Source: Somniosus microcephalus (lineage: Eukaryota). From it: a stretch of DNA of 64,000 nucleotides. Made by a program: the position numbers and the translations under genes. Shown here piece by piece: positions 11,721 to 24,552 of the stretch. Positions within the stretch are counted from its first letter, which is position 1; every line of letters begins with the position of its first letter. The notes below the pieces were generated by a model that made no database searches, was not told the origin of the DNA, and saw nothing but the letters and a program-made list of their open reading frames with translations. The DNA is taken from assembly GCA_052327205.1 (NCBI GenBank), contig CM126207.1, forward strand, positions 28,706,001 to 28,770,000, given 5' to 3'.

Positions 11721-12052
11721 CAGGAAACTCTTTTAACCGGCACCTAAATAACCGGAAAACTCTGTTAACCGGCAAAATGCAGGAGTAGGTTCAGGTAAGT
11801 TTTACTTCATATTAGTGGCAGTTCCTGGATCTGTGGCTGTGTAACTGGGGTTCCTGCACTTGTTGCTAAGCAACAGGGACGCTTGGTCTGTGGCCGGAGT
11901 TCCTGCACATGTTGCTAAGCAACAAGGAAGCCTGGATTTGTTGCTGTGTACGGAGCTCTCGTACCTTTTACTATACCTCTCTGTAATCCGGACTTTTTGA
12001 TAAACCGGCACCACGCCGGTCCCATCGGTGCTGGATAATAAAGAGTTTCCTG
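11721..12052. mobile_element. Tigger/pogo-like MITE (family A)
   Basis: TA|CAGGAAACTC ... GAGTTTCCTG|TA; close reverse complement of 58792-59118. Confidence 0.88.
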
Positions 12053-12054
12053 TA

Positions 12055-12305
12055 GTGCCTTGTCACATTTGACAAATACCTCGAAGCAGCTCACATGCAG
12101 TGAATTATTAGGTAGACTCGGCCGTCATTTTTTGCTTGCAGCAAGATGCTACAAACAGTGACAAGATGAATGACCAGTTAATCTGGTTTTTTTTATGGTG
12201 TTTGAGCGACAACTGATGGCCCAAACAACAGAACTCTGCGCTCCTCATTAAATAATACCATAGGATCTTTAATGTCCAGTTGAATGAGCAGAAGGGGCCT
12301 TAGAT
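12055..12305 (-). mobile_element. Degenerate DeuSINE fragment
   Basis: Antisense tail and core remnants. Confidence 0.5.
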
Positions 12306-12931
12306 CAGCAGGTGGATTAGCCCAGGTTTTTCTGGTGGGCCGCCTCTGTTATTTTGGCCACTTTTGGGTCACCCTGCATCACCCATCATTCCCTATCCGA
12401 GAAGCTGGCAAACCACTGGAACCTAACCTCTTCACTGCTGTTCTGACAGTGATCATTAGGAGGTGTGGAAGAGTGATGTCAGTTGACTCTTTCTCTCTGT
12501 AATTCATGCTTCTGTAGGGACTGACTTTCCATCTGCTTGGTGCCTCCCCAGAATTCCAGTTGCGATCAGGAATCCATTGGGTAATTGTAAAGAGGAACCT
12601 GCATCCTGCTATGGCTTGGCATGTGGATGCATCAACACAGAATACTGGCTATGTGCTGGACATAAGCAATTATTTACTGTATGATATGTATAAAATCATG
12701 CAGTGTAAAACCTGCTGCATTGATTGCACTGGAACAAGTAAATGTCACACTTTCAATTTTGCCCCGTCTGTAATAAAATCATCATGCATTTCATCTGTAG
12801 GCTCATAAAGGTGGCATGAAGTCTCACCAGTGTGATAGTTCTACAGTAATATGTACAGCTATGTTACTTTTTATACAATTCTCTTTGTGATTATACATGG
12901 TAACTCATCATCTTGATGCATTGTGTTTCAG

Positions 12932-13128
12932 TATTTGTTAAGTTGCTTGTGTATAGCAATGAGAGCAGAAGGGATCAATATCATACAGGAAATCTATAAT
13001 CGGACCCAGACACAGTTGAGACAGGTTCCCGATGCAGATGGAGGGAGCAGCAGTGATGAAGTTCCAGAAAAAAGGCCACGCTTGAGTTTTACTGCACAAA
13101 GCATGCAGAAACCAGTCACGCCAGCTGA
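12932..13128 (+). CDS. ATR: ATR exon 5 (197 nt)
   Basis: YLLSCLCIAMRAE...EKRPRLS; ttcag| ... GA|gtatgg; phase consistent. Confidence 0.9.
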
Positions 13129-13389
13129 GTATGGACTACATTTGTTTTACAATGTCGTTTTAAAGTTTGTTCACTGTTCACCGTCCCTTTTAGGTCTTGT
13201 CACCCCACAAATCATTTAACTGGCAAAAAAGTTGACCATCAGATTTGCCGTCCGACCTTTCCCTGTTCTGACTGACCAATGTGAGCTGATTTGTTCTTTT
13301 TCCCTCCATTGCCCTGCTTTCGAGAAAGTATCATAGCTGACATCTAAAACTTGTCAACTTTTATGGAGCGGACTGGGCTACTATGGTAG

Positions 13390-13735
13390 TGTGCTTTACC
13401 TCCTCCAGCCCTACAAACCTCTGAGATCTCTGCGCTCCTCCAATTCTGACCTCTTGCGCATCCCCGATTTTCTTCGCTTCACCATTGCCGGCCGTGCCTT
13501 CAGCTGTCTAGGCCCTAAGCTCTGGAATTCCCTTCTGAAACCTTTCCTCCTCTCTACCTCTCTTTCCTCCTTTAAGATGCTCCTTAAAACCTGCCTCTTT
13601 GACCAAGCTTTTGGTCACCTGTCCTACTATCTCGTTATGTGGCTCAGTGTCAAACTTTGTTTGATAATTGCTTTCATGAAGCGCCAGGGATGTTTTACTA
13701 CGTTAAAGGTGCTATATAAATGCAGGTTGTTGTTA
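13390..13735 (+). mobile_element. L2 LINE 3' end
   Basis: LRSS...GRAFS...PKLWNSL...FKMLLKT C-terminal L2 motifs; tail gtgctatataaatgca. Confidence 0.8.
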
Positions 13736-13904
13736 TCCAGCCAGCATGTGATTGTAATCGGTACAAGACAGATGATGACCTCCTCCTGTGTTAGAAGTGT
13801 TCTGTTGTCATGAATACTCAGTTTGAGAGCTGGAATACCGTATTTACTTGAAGACAAGGTGATTCACAAGAGAAGAGTCCCCAACCCCAATTCCAGCCAC
13901 AAAA

Positions 13905-14435
13905 TCCCCCAGTTTTGGTCTCTTTATCTAAGGAAGGATATACTTGCCTTGGAGGCGGTGCAACGAAGGTTCACTAGATTGATTCCTGGGATGAGAGGGC
14001 TGTCCTATGATGAGAGATTGTGTAGAATGGGCCGATACTCTCCAGAGTTTGGAAGAATGAGAGGTGATCTCATTGAAACATACAAGATTCTGAAGAGAAT
14101 TGACAGGTTAGACACTGAGGTTGTTTCCCCTGGCTGGAATGTCTAGAACTAGGGGGCATAGTCTCAAGATAAGAGGTCGGCCATTTAAGACTGAGATGAG
14201 GAGGAATTTCTTCACTGAGGGTTGTGAATCTTTGGAATTCTCTGCCCCAGAGGGCTGTGAATGCAGAGTCATTGAGTATATTCAAGCCTGAGATATAGAT
14301 TTTTGGACTGTAGGGGAATCGAGGGATATGGAGATCGGGCAGGAAAGTGGAGTTGAGGTCGATGATCAGCTATGATCTTATTGAATGGTGGAGCAGGCTC
14401 GAGGGGCCGTATGGCCTACTGTCATTTCTTATGTT
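13905..14435 (+). mobile_element. CR1 LINE 3' fragment
   Basis: QFWSLYLRKDILALEAVQRRFTRLIPG...RGDLIETYKI. Confidence 0.85.
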
Positions 14436-14571
14436 CTTACACGTACGTTTTCTCTCTGTTCTTTCTAATTTCACACAAAAAATTCCCACCAGCTACTGCT
14501 GTGCTCCTCCAGAGATGTGATATCTAAACTCTCACTGCTGGCTTTGAGTGCAAGCTCCCACTGTGCTGTTT

Positions 14572-14911
14572 CACAGAAACCCCACAATGCAGATAGAGGC
14601 CATTTCGGCCCATCGAGCCTGCACTGACACATATCCCACCCGATCCCCATAACCCCTACACCAACACATATCCCACCCTATCCCCGTAACCCCACGTATT
14701 TAATCCCCCTAACACTAAGGGTCAATTTATCATAGCCAATCATCCTAACCCGCACATCTTTGGACTGTGGGAGGAAACCGGAGCACCCGGAGGAAACCCA
14801 CGCAAACATGGGGAGAATGTGCAAACTCCACACAGACAGTCACCCGAGGCCGGATTCGAACCCGGGTCCCTGGCGCTGTGAGGCAACAGTGCTAACCACT
14901 ATGCCACCGTG
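14572..14911 (-). mobile_element. HE1-type V-SINE (tRNA-derived, CR1-like tail)
   Basis: Minus strand: A box tggcatagtgg, B box ggttcgaatcc, V-domain gtggagtttgcacattctcccc...tgctccggtttcctccc. Confidence 0.85.
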
Positions 14912-15326
14912 AGGCAGCCAGGATAGATACGAGGAGAGGTGCTTTTAAAATCGGCAGTGGGAACGGAGGCGGAAGTCAGTAGGTAGCGTTTCCATTTGAA
15001 TATTGCAGTGCTAGAGCAATGGAACAAAAACTGTTAGGAATGTGTTCGTACAGTGCTGCTACTGGGTTGACTGTCCTTGGAGTAGCAGTTGGTGTTATTC
15101 ACCAAGTTGTTTTGCGAGGAGGGAAACTAGCTGGGATGAAACTGGAAGGCGTGACCCATGTTTAAGCCTCCCTTACTCTGAAACCCCACCCGCCCCCATC
15201 AGTGTTATAAACTGTTCCTCATGAAGAAACAGCTGATTCTTGATGAATGCAGCTGCAATGCATTTATTTTCTGAAAACCTTTTTTATGTCATGCAAATCT
15301 GTTGATATAGTGTTCATCTCTTGTAG

Positions 15327-15518
15327 ATTTGGACCAGTGGAAATGAAATTCAAGAGCAAGTTATGGTGGGCAATGTACGAGAGACTGTCGTCATTGATCA
15401 GTTTGCTGGAGAAGGTTCAATCACACAAGAAGGCTGTAACTGTGTTGGAGGGTATCGTGGTTATATTCCGTTTGGCTGCCCTGTGTACAGCATTCTGTGA
15501 CCAAGGAGTTCCAGATAG
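15327..15518 (+). CDS. ATR: ATR exon 6 (192 nt)
   Basis: FGPVEMKFKSKLWWAM...LEGIVVIFRLAALCT; tgtag| ... AG|gtacaa. Confidence 0.9.
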
Positions 15519-16058
15519 GTACAAAGTATTTATGATATGTTTAGACTTTCGCACAGTTTTTTTCATTCTGTACTTTGGCTCTCTAGTTGTAACATTGTGG
15601 GGTGGGGGGGAATTGTGCAAAGAAAGATGCTCAGAACTAAAAGCTCTCCGACCATCAGTTTATATTAGCGTAATTTGTCACAAGGCTTACAAGTCTCTTT
15701 ATAAATATGTCTATGTGTTGAAATTGGAACCAGTGTTTAGTCACATATGCAAGCATAAGTATAAAGTAAAGAATAATTATGAAACCATTGTTTGCTTATC
15801 CTCGCCATGCTTGTACTTAGGAAGCCTTTTAAGAAATGATAGTTTCAGTAAAAGATCATATAATCAAAGGCACAAGGAACTCTATGGGTAAGCAGCTTAC
15901 ATTCAGAGTGCTTCCCCAGGTGACTTCCACATAGTAAATGTGGAGTCAGAAACCACATGAAGCATGGTGTGGTGAATTTCATTGTCCTTCTCAGCAATTT
16001 AGTTGAGTTGAAATTTGATTTGCCTTCACTAGAAACATTACAATCTTTTTCTGTTCAG

Positions 16059-16279
16059 CACTGACGGAATCAAAACCAGTGACGCCACCAGTGGGAAGAC
16101 GCAATGTTTCACAGGAAGTCCAGCAACGAAAATACAACTGACTTGGATAAATTCTGAGATGTTTACCCAGGTCCTGGAATATGGAAGAAAACAACTGACC
16201 ATTGCTTCCAAAGAGGAAGAAGTTGGACAGTTAGTTGATAGATTAATAAAAATAATTGATGCTGTAATCTACTTGCAAG
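16059..16279 (+). CDS. ATR: ATR exon 7 (221 nt)
   Basis: Open frame ...LTWINSEMFTQVL...IKIIDAVIYLQ; ttcag| ... G|gtaggt; phases 2 to 1 fit neighbours. Confidence 0.85.
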
Positions 16280-16359
16280 GTAGGTGAAGCAGGTATCTGA
16301 TGCTCGTAATTTAGTGTGGAAAGTATTGGTACAATGAGGTATACTTCGGTTTTGGGTGT

Positions 16360-16675
16360 TGCGTGGTGTAGTGGTTATGGTGCAGCACTCGTAACCCATT
16401 GGTCAATGGTTCAAATCCCACCGTGGCAATTGGTGAAATTGAATTCCATGAATTTGGCGATTTGTGGTCTAGCAGCAGAAAAATATTTGCCAAAGCTGGA
16501 TTATTGTGAAAACCCAACTGGTTCACTAACGGCCTTTTAGGGAGGGACCCTGCCGCAGTCTGGCCTACATGTGACTCCAGTGCACACTACTTGGTTAGCT
16601 TTTAATGCCCCTGCACCACCTTCGCAAGCAATAAATGTGGAAGCATTGCCCACGTCTGGCGAACAGATTTTAAAA
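16360..16675 (+). mobile_element. tRNA-derived SINE (same family as 42540-43010)
   Basis: A box tggtgtagtgg, B box ggttcaaatcc; shared core aaacccaactggttcactaa. Confidence 0.7.
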
Positions 16676-17635
16676 ATGGTAATTCTAATGGTAGCTTTTA
16701 CTGACAAATAATTCAAGATAATTGGGTGAAGTGTCTTTGAGGGTTCATTTTGTAATTGCACCCCTTGGTACTGAGCTATTTTCCAAGGATCAGTACCTGA
16801 CCTGCTCTGAACACTCTATCTGAACTGGGGAATCGGGTTAGGGAACGAGAAAATTAGCCTGTTTTCCCTACCTTGATTGTGGTTGTTGGAACATTCGTGT
16901 TGAACCTCTGAGAGTTGAAATCTTGCATAGCACTATTTTTTAAGAACGTTGGTTAAAGTGTTTGTGACAATTCGTGTGTTTGGTATTTTAGCCGTCATTC
17001 AATTTGCTTCACCTACCTTGCACTCTGAGGAATTCACTTGAACACGCTAACCAGTGTGCTAAAAACAAGAAATTTCAACCCCTGATGAGGCTAGGATAGG
17101 TTCTGCTATGTTGGGATATATGGTTAACTGACCTGCAAAGTTCACATTACAAAAAATTGCCACTTGGATGAAGTAGTGAAGAGCAGCTACTGTCTGTGGG
17201 CGTGCACCCCAGCATGAGTCCCTACTGGTGTATTCAAATTACAAGAGTGAAGCTTGAATGATTTTAAACATCTGAAGCCAGTTTTTAAAAAAAGATTTGT
17301 GCATATATTTTATAAAAATAAATAATAAGTACACAGCAGTATGGTTCAAGCCTGTATCATATTTCTGAACCCAGATAACATTTTTGGGTTAGAAATGCTC
17401 AAAGCTCCAGTTTTTTCAGTGCTGAGTGCTATGACAGTTACAAAAAAAGTATTGACTAAAGTCACCTCTTTCCTGCAGTGTTTGCCAGAGAACAATTAGC
17501 AGTAGATTCAACAAGCTACACACACACATTTATAATCTGAATTTGATTTGATTGCTTCAAAGTGAATCTAGTTGGATTTCTGTATATACCTATGTTTTTA
17601 TGTAGTTCATTTTTTAAGATTTTATATTTCACCAG

Positions 17636-17791
17636 TTGTCCAAGGTCAGGTGAACAAAGATACGCTTCAGACACTTTGTGGTTTTCTCTCATTACCATGG
17701 ATTCATCAACACAGTACCGATGGAGCTTTCAAATCTGTTGGTTTCAATTCTGATTTAGTATCCCTCAGTCAGCATTTGTCAAGCAGTTTCT
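17636..17791 (+). CDS. ATR: ATR exon 8 (156 nt)
   Basis: LCGFLSLPWIHQHS; accag| ... T|gtaagt. Confidence 0.92.
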
Positions 17792-18039
17792 GTAAGTATG
17801 ATAATTGCAGCTAAGATTAATTCAAGTGTACAAATTGTATATTTCCAATGTGTGCGAGGTACTGATGTAAAATATTTTGACCAGTATTGAAAAAGGAATA
17901 GAACAAAGGGAAGAGGGAGGTAGGGAGGGAAAATTACGCACACGGACACGTGCGCACGCACACAAAATTAATTAGAATGCCCTATAAAGTGCTTAAATGG
18001 AAAACAGAAGTTGGTTAATTGGCTGAAATGATATTAACA

Positions 18040-18335
18040 TGAGACAATGGGAAGTAATAATGAGCGAAATTAAAGATATTTGAGAGACACAGAGAATGTG
18101 AATAGCTGAAGCAACTGGGTTGGGTGGGTAAGGCAGGTAGAGATGGGAATGGCAAAGCAGAACAGGCTCCAGTGGCCTAGGAACCCAGGTGAAGAAAAAA
18201 CCAGGCCCACACCAAGTACGTTCCCTCTGTGACACCCTGGTTCATTCTTCCACCACCCTCACTTCAGGCTACCCTTTCCCTGGCACCTTCCCAGGCAAAA
18301 AAAGCAAGAGATGTAAAACCTGCATTTGTATTGCC
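18040..18335. mobile_element. Penelope-like element fragments
   Basis: RSLCDTLVHSS...PGTFP...RCKTC resembles the PLE RT/GIY-YIG linker Zn-finger region. Confidence 0.55.
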
Positions 18336-18638
18336 ACCACAGCAGCAAAAACCAGGCCAAACTGTATTAGTGGTGTAGGAATTGTTCCAGGTGTAAATGG
18401 TATACATTTCCCATTCAGCATCTCGTACTTGTGTGATAAAAGTACATTATGAGCAGTTTTTCATTTTGTGTAATTGATTTGGTTTAACGCTATTAATGTT
18501 AAGAACTAATAAAACAAATATTAGGACCAAGCCAGTCTGAAAGGTAATTGTTGTTTGCTTGCCCTGATGCTGTTTTAAAGTTAACTACATTTTAACATTC
18601 TTTCTGACTCTGACTTTTGATCCTGTTACGGCCCACAG

Positions 18639-18837
18639 CACACCAGAGCCAGGCAAAATGTGTGTACCTGTTGTCTTTGCTACCTGAAGAGGTGTGTCCT
18701 GATTGGAGAGCAGCGATACACAGATGGTCTTTGCAGAGTTCCAGTGATGTCACCCGTGCAGGTTCAGTGCAGGGATTCCCCATCCTACTGCATTTTCTGG
18801 GTGTTAAATCACACTCCCTCATTGATGAGGTTCTCTT
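18639..18837 (+). CDS. ATR: ATR exon 9 (199 nt)
   Basis: QAKCVYLLSLLP...WSLQSSSDVTRAGSVQGFPILL; cacag| ... TT|gtatgt. Confidence 0.9.
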
Positions 18838-19751
18838 GTATGTACTCTTTTTATTATTTAAAATAAACACCAAACCGATTTTAGTTTTTCCTGAGTTCTT
18901 GCTAACTAGTTATTGGTGAATAGTCTTTAAGTCTAAGCTCTAAATAATTGCTTCATTTTAGATGTACTGTACTCTCTGCCAAATGGCTTTCTATACATTT
19001 CTGTGATTAATGTTATAAAATACAGTTGGATAATGTTATGGAATGATAGTATATTCAGTAAATTTATTCAAATAATTTTTGGCCTAAAATGTTTCATCAA
19101 ACATCAAAGGATTATAGCAACTACTTTTGAGCCCATCTACTATTAAAGCGATCAGTATGAGAGTTAGTGAACAGTCTTGGGGACGTGGAGGGAAGGAATG
19201 CCAGTGTGCTAGAATTGTTGATGGGAATGTTTGCGGGGGGGGGGAAGGGGGTGGAGGCAAGCAATTGGAGCTGGCCAAGATAGTTGGGGGAGGGGACTGG
19301 GACAGGAAGCTCCAATAACCTCAGAAAATTGAGGGGGCGGGGTAGGCGTGGCTACAGTTGACTGACAATCGATTTTCACAGCTCTGAAGGATGCGGCACG
19401 ATACTGCACTCAATATTCAGGATTGGGTCTCCCTTTATGTGTCAACCTATTTACTACTTTAGACCACAAATCAGTCTAGACATCAGAGAAGGGCCAGTGA
19501 CTTAATGGAATATTATGGCATGACATTGGCTGTTTGTTGGCAAAATAATAATGATTTAATTTAGATATATTAATAATAATGCATCTCACAAATGACTTAC
19601 AAACAGTCCACAACATTTTGATAGTGGGACACCACTGTGCTGCACCCTGTTGGCCTCTGTGCGGAACTCGGTGCTGACTCACAGCTGGTACTGTTTTGGG
19701 ATCTAACATTACCTGACTTTTAACTTTGCATCCTTTGCTCCTCTGAGACTG

Positions 19752-20050
19752 ATCATAGAATAGTACATCACGGAAGGAGGCCATTCGGCCCATCGAGTCT
19801 GCGCCGGCTCTATCGAAGAGCAATCCAGTCAGTCCCACTGCCTCCCCTCTTTCCCCATATCCCTGCAATTTTTTCTCCTTCAAGTATTTATCCAATTTGT
19901 TTTTGAAGGCTACTATTGACTCTGTATCCACCGCCCTATCAGGCAGTGCATTCCAAATCCTAACCACTCGTTGCGTAAAAATGTTTTTCCTCATGTCGCC
20001 TCTGGTTCTTTTGCCAATCACCTTAAATCTGTGCCCTCTCGTTATCAACC
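19752..20050 (-). mobile_element. CR1 LINE 3' end
   Basis: TRGHRFKV...FTQRVVRIWNALP plus 3' UTR. Confidence 0.85.
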
Positions 20051-20469
20051 CTTCATCCTTCACCCTGATCTATTTCTTGTTTTCGATTCTCTATATTGTT
20101 GTTGGTCACTCTTTCAGCCACCTGCTGTCTGGAATTCAAGTTCTAAATCTCTCCATCTAACCTCCTTCCCTGATTTCAAAATCCTTCGGAAAATGATTTT
20201 CTCTACCTGCTCTTTTGGATTCCTTCCTGTAATTCTATTTCAGTGTTCTTCACTCCTTCTTGGGTGTCCATTATTTTTTTCTTCTCCACGTAGTAAAATG
20301 TTCTGAGATGTCCTTCTGACATGAGAAATGTTATATAACTGTCAGTTCTTGTTGCCTTTGTGCCATCATTGGGCATTTGTTGGAGGAGAACATTCAACGC
20401 ATCTGCAATGCATCATTCAGAATGTTTAGTTCTGTGGTCATCTCACAATTTCTTTTTAAAACCTTTTAG

Positions 20470-20732
20470 AAACAAGCTCCAAGATGATTCTAATTTGGTA
20501 CATGAGGAATTAGCCAATAATGTTGGAAGGTTAGCCTGCGTGCTTTCAGGCAAATCTGAATTGTTGCTTCCCAAGAGTGACTCCATACTTATAAATGAAG
20601 ATTATGAACTCCTCTGCAGCAGTATCACTGTAAGAAGTGAATGTGCACCGGCTGGAGCAGCAGCTGGGCCTTCTATTTTTATTCCATTCCTTGTGCTAAT
20701 TGGAAGGACGATGCCTGCTTCAGTAAAAATTG
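20470..20732 (+). CDS. ATR: ATR exon 10 (263 nt)
   Basis: NKLQDDSNLVHEELA...SIFIPFLVL; tttag| ... G|gtgagt. Confidence 0.92.
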
Positions 20733-22453
20733 GTGAGTGTTACATCAATTTAGAGAGAGCTGCTTGACAGAAGGGAGTAAGGGTCTGTGCACAAAGCACA
20801 ATTTTACACTCAGGCAAATGTGATAAGTTCCAGTAGTCGCTGATTTTTATTTTGTATCTATATCGATGCTACTGTGATCACTGGTGCTCTGACTTTATTT
20901 CCTTTGTTGTTCAGACTGCAAAAACACCATTCTCTTCCTCTGTGCGTGCTCTTCCTCATCTCTGTATCCTCACCGTGTTGAAACCAAGACTCATTGCAAT
21001 ATCTTCTGCTCTAATCAATTTTTACTAGGCCCTCAAAATTGTAGGATCTCCTACCTTCCTTAGTCTTCACCTCCTCCGACAATTTATGGGATTTTAATAC
21101 CCAAGCTTGCCATCACGCGTTCACCTCAGTTTCTCCATCTGTTACATACAAAAAAGGTGTCTAGTGCTACAGGCATTGTACACTTCAAAGTGTCACACTT
21201 TGTTGAAGATGCAAAATGACCAAAGCTAGTCATTTTATGCTGGGTTCTTCTTACCTGGGGCCAAAAATTTGTAAGCAGTTACAATTACGCTCTGATTGAT
21301 CCCAGGATTTGCTGATTTAGACCATTTCCCCACAGGAAAGATAAAGAGTCGTAGCCTTAGATGATGTCATGTTTTAGGACTTTTTGGCTATTTTTCAAAG
21401 GGTTCAGTGGGGGGAAAAAAAAGACTTATGTTGGGTTTTTAAAAGCATCGTGTATTCAGGCAAATTAAAAAATAACGGCTGAGATGATAACTAGTTAAGG
21501 TGGAAATGAGCTAGCTTTGATATTTCCTCACGACTGTAAATAATCAATTTGGTAGCTCGTATCAGCAGTTGAAAAACACCTCATACCATTGTGTTATAAA
21601 GCCTTTAATCTATTTTTTGGCTGTGAATGGAGAGATATATGATAGAAGCTAGGACTCGGGCTGACAGAGAAGCTTTTTGAAACAAGATGTCAAGTTTTTG
21701 AAGAGAGAAAACTGCGAGAGCTGTCCCAGAGATTGTGAGGTGAAAAAAGCTGGAGGAATGGTTAAAAATCACCATGTTTAACTCAAGTAAGGCAACCCAC
21801 TGATTTAGGAAAGTGTCCTTCTTTATTTTTGAATTATTACACAAAGACAAGTTGTACCAGTAAAAGTGTACCTGATCGTAACTGTTGCTCTGTATGTTCG
21901 CTCACTGTGAAATAAAGCAGTTTAACAATTCGTATCAAGCCTAGTTTCACCGAGTGTGTGCTTTTGTGCAAGTAGGTATAGGGAAGTGTGAGTCAACTCC
22001 TATAAAAGTAAGGTGCTCAGATCCCTTATGGGAACAACTGATGCCACTGAACCCAAGAAGGTAACTACAGCAGACCTGAATTTGTAACAGAGGGACTGAC
22101 TACATTGGCAGCTAAATCGTCTCTTTCAACACCTGCCATGTTTGTCTTGTTTGCTTTTCTCAAATTGTTTAATTCTCTACAAGTGCTGACTCCTCTTTGG
22201 TGCTGCTTATTTGACTTTGCTGTAAAATGAGATTAATGTTTAAGGTAAAAATAGCAAAGCTTCTCGAACAGTTTCCCTGTACATTTTCCAAAGGACGTTC
22301 ACAAATAAAAGTAAAAATTAGAAACTTGTGTTACGACTTAAATAGTTACGAGGCTACCCCTTGCCTTAGGACAGTAAAAAGGGTTGAAATAAGGATGTGA
22401 TATTATGTGTTTTGGTAGTACTATATTCATAATTTTGGTCATTTTTCCCACAG

Positions 22454-22647
22454 CTTTCATACGCAACATTCCCTATCTGTGTAAACATGTGAATTTGGGG
22501 GAAACTGATTCAGATACAAAAACCATCTATAGTGCAATACTGAACCTCATGGAAGATCCAGATAAAGCTGTCAGATTTGCATTTGGTGAAAAAATACATC
22601 ATTTGTTAGAGTCCCAAGAAGTTGAAGATCAGAGTTTACTTAAAGAG
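22454..22647 (+). CDS. ATR: ATR exon 11 (194 nt)
   Basis: FIRNIPYLCKH...LNLMEDPDKAVRFAF; GAG|gtgaac. Confidence 0.95.
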
Positions 22648-22762
22648 GTGAACAAAGTCAGATTTCTAAAGAAAAACATTGTGCAGTTACCTTGGGGCTT
22701 TGTTCTTCTGTTTTTGCTATTTTGAAACAATAATTTGAAATGTATACTGATTATGATTCATT

Positions 22763-23447
22763 GGCCAAGAAATTGGGTTGGGGCGCCAAAGTCGCCTGAG
22801 CGCAGGATTTAGCACAGCGATCGGAGTAATACCGATCGCCAGAAATTCAGTTTCAGTGCCGCTCGAGGGACACGGGGCGAGGCTCGAGGCGCTCCGCGTC
22901 CCTCTTGGGGCGCTGAAATTGATTATCGCAGCGCCACACGCTGCGGCACGGCACGCTGCGGCACTGCAGGCCTTCCTCCCACTGTTAAGGGGGAGGTGCC
23001 TGCAACAGCGCGATCCCCGCTCGCGAGTGCCGGCAAATTAGCCCGGCACCAAGGAGAAGTGCCGGGCTCTCGGGAAACAGCCAGCAATGCCGCGGGGCGG
23101 GGGGGTTGGGAGGCCGGGGACGGAAGTGCTGGCAGGCGGCCGCCGAAAAAGCAGCCGCCCTGCACCTCCACCTTAACTTGCGCCGCTGCCGGCACAGTAA
23201 GGCCCCGTGAACTGGGCGCGGGTAGCGAACGGTGCAACTGCGGCGTTTGCTACCAAATATCGCGAACGGGGCACGAATGGGGCACTGCGCACACCGATGA
23301 TGTCATCGGTGGCGGCGCAGCGCAAATGCCTAACGCCACCATTAGCGCCCCTACTGAATATCGCGGGAGACGCAGCCAGTGGCGCTACAGCCACTGACTG
23401 CCTCTTTAGGCGCTAACAGGTGGCGCTACTCACCCAATTTCTCCCCC
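22763..23447. mobile_element. PIF/Harbinger-like MITE, CpG-rich
   Basis: TIRs GGCCAAGAAATTGGGT / ACCCAATTTCTCCCCC; TSD ATT; internally homologous (inverted) to 25922-26621. Confidence 0.75.
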
Positions 23448-23697
23448 ATTGTGTTTTCTACTAACCAGTATCAAGTTCTAGGTATTAAGTATTTACCAGA
23501 AGCATTATAGCTTATGGATGTACATCTCCATTCTAACAGAACAATGAATTGCTTCACTATGTTCATTTGTAACATCAGTGGCGTGTTTACTCGTAGAGTC
23601 GCTGGCTACTTAAATACCTGTGATGCCATTTAATATAGAATTATGATGATTTAATAAAATGATCCTTTGTATTGATTTTTTTTAAATTTCATTTTAG

Positions 23698-23798
23698 CTG
23701 CTTGTTTCTAAACTGAAGGAGGCATATGCAAATGCTAAGATTTCAAGAAACAACGAGCTAAAAGATACGCTAATACTTACAACCAGAGAAATTGGAAG
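23698..23798 (+). CDS. ATR: ATR exon 12 (101 nt)
   Basis: LLVSKLKEAYANAKISRNNELKDTLILTT; AG|gtaagt. Confidence 0.95.
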
Positions 23799-23987
23799 GT
23801 AAGTAATAAATCCCAGAACTTTCATGTAAAGTTTTACTTAGCTGCAGAAAAATGCTGCTGTAATTTTGGCCGAATAATTAAAGGTACAAATATTGAAACC
23901 AGAACTATGTAACTATAGATAGATATATAGATAGATAGTGCTGGTTTCAATATTTGACATATGCACACATTATATATATCTTTATAT

Positions 23988-24552
23988 TGTAGCGGTTCGT
24001 GTAGATCGCCACTAAATAAGAGAGTTTGACTTCGACGAACTATTAACAAGTTGTTTATTTACAGGAACAGGCTAATTACAGCAGGTAAGATAGCAGGTAA
24101 GATGGCTGACTGTAGGAGCACCGTGGTGTAGGTCTTGTCCCAGCGGGGACTCCACGAGGACTGAGTTCGCAGTCCTGTGGGGAGCGTGATGACGTCATCG
24201 CGTTTGTGTTGTGACGTCATCACGTTGCTCGCGTTTCCCGCGCTTAGGGCGTCACGTGATGTGCGTCGCTGGTCGTTGAGGCCGAAGTCGGGAGGCCGGG
24301 CTGTGCCGGTGCTTGCCGCGGGAGCGGAAGATCGCGTCGCTCCCGTCGGCTGGCCGCTGAGGCCGAAGACGCTAGGCCGGGCTGTGCCGGCGCACGCACA
24401 TCACGTTGTACGTGACGTGACGTCAGCGCGCTAGGGCGCGTCTTAAAGGGGCAATGGCCCCAACAGGTAAGTTAAAAGGGCAACGGCCCCAAAAGGTAAG
24501 TTAAAGGGAATTATGTGTCTCAATGTAAGGGACAACCAGTGGTACCGCCACA
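23988..24552 (-). mobile_element. Solo LTR (Gypsy/Ty3-like), 565 bp
   Basis: TGTAGCGGT...ACCGCCACA termini; 4-bp TSD ATAT (23984-87, 24553-56); AATAAA on the minus strand at ~24054-24059. Confidence 0.75.

Noticed and set aside
14820-14911. tRNA gene
   Set aside because: The A/B boxes belong to an HE1 V-SINE head that continues into the V-domain; no acceptor stem
15247-15891. 214-aa ORF as a separate gene
   Set aside because: It is ATR exon 6 with read-through into the flanking intron
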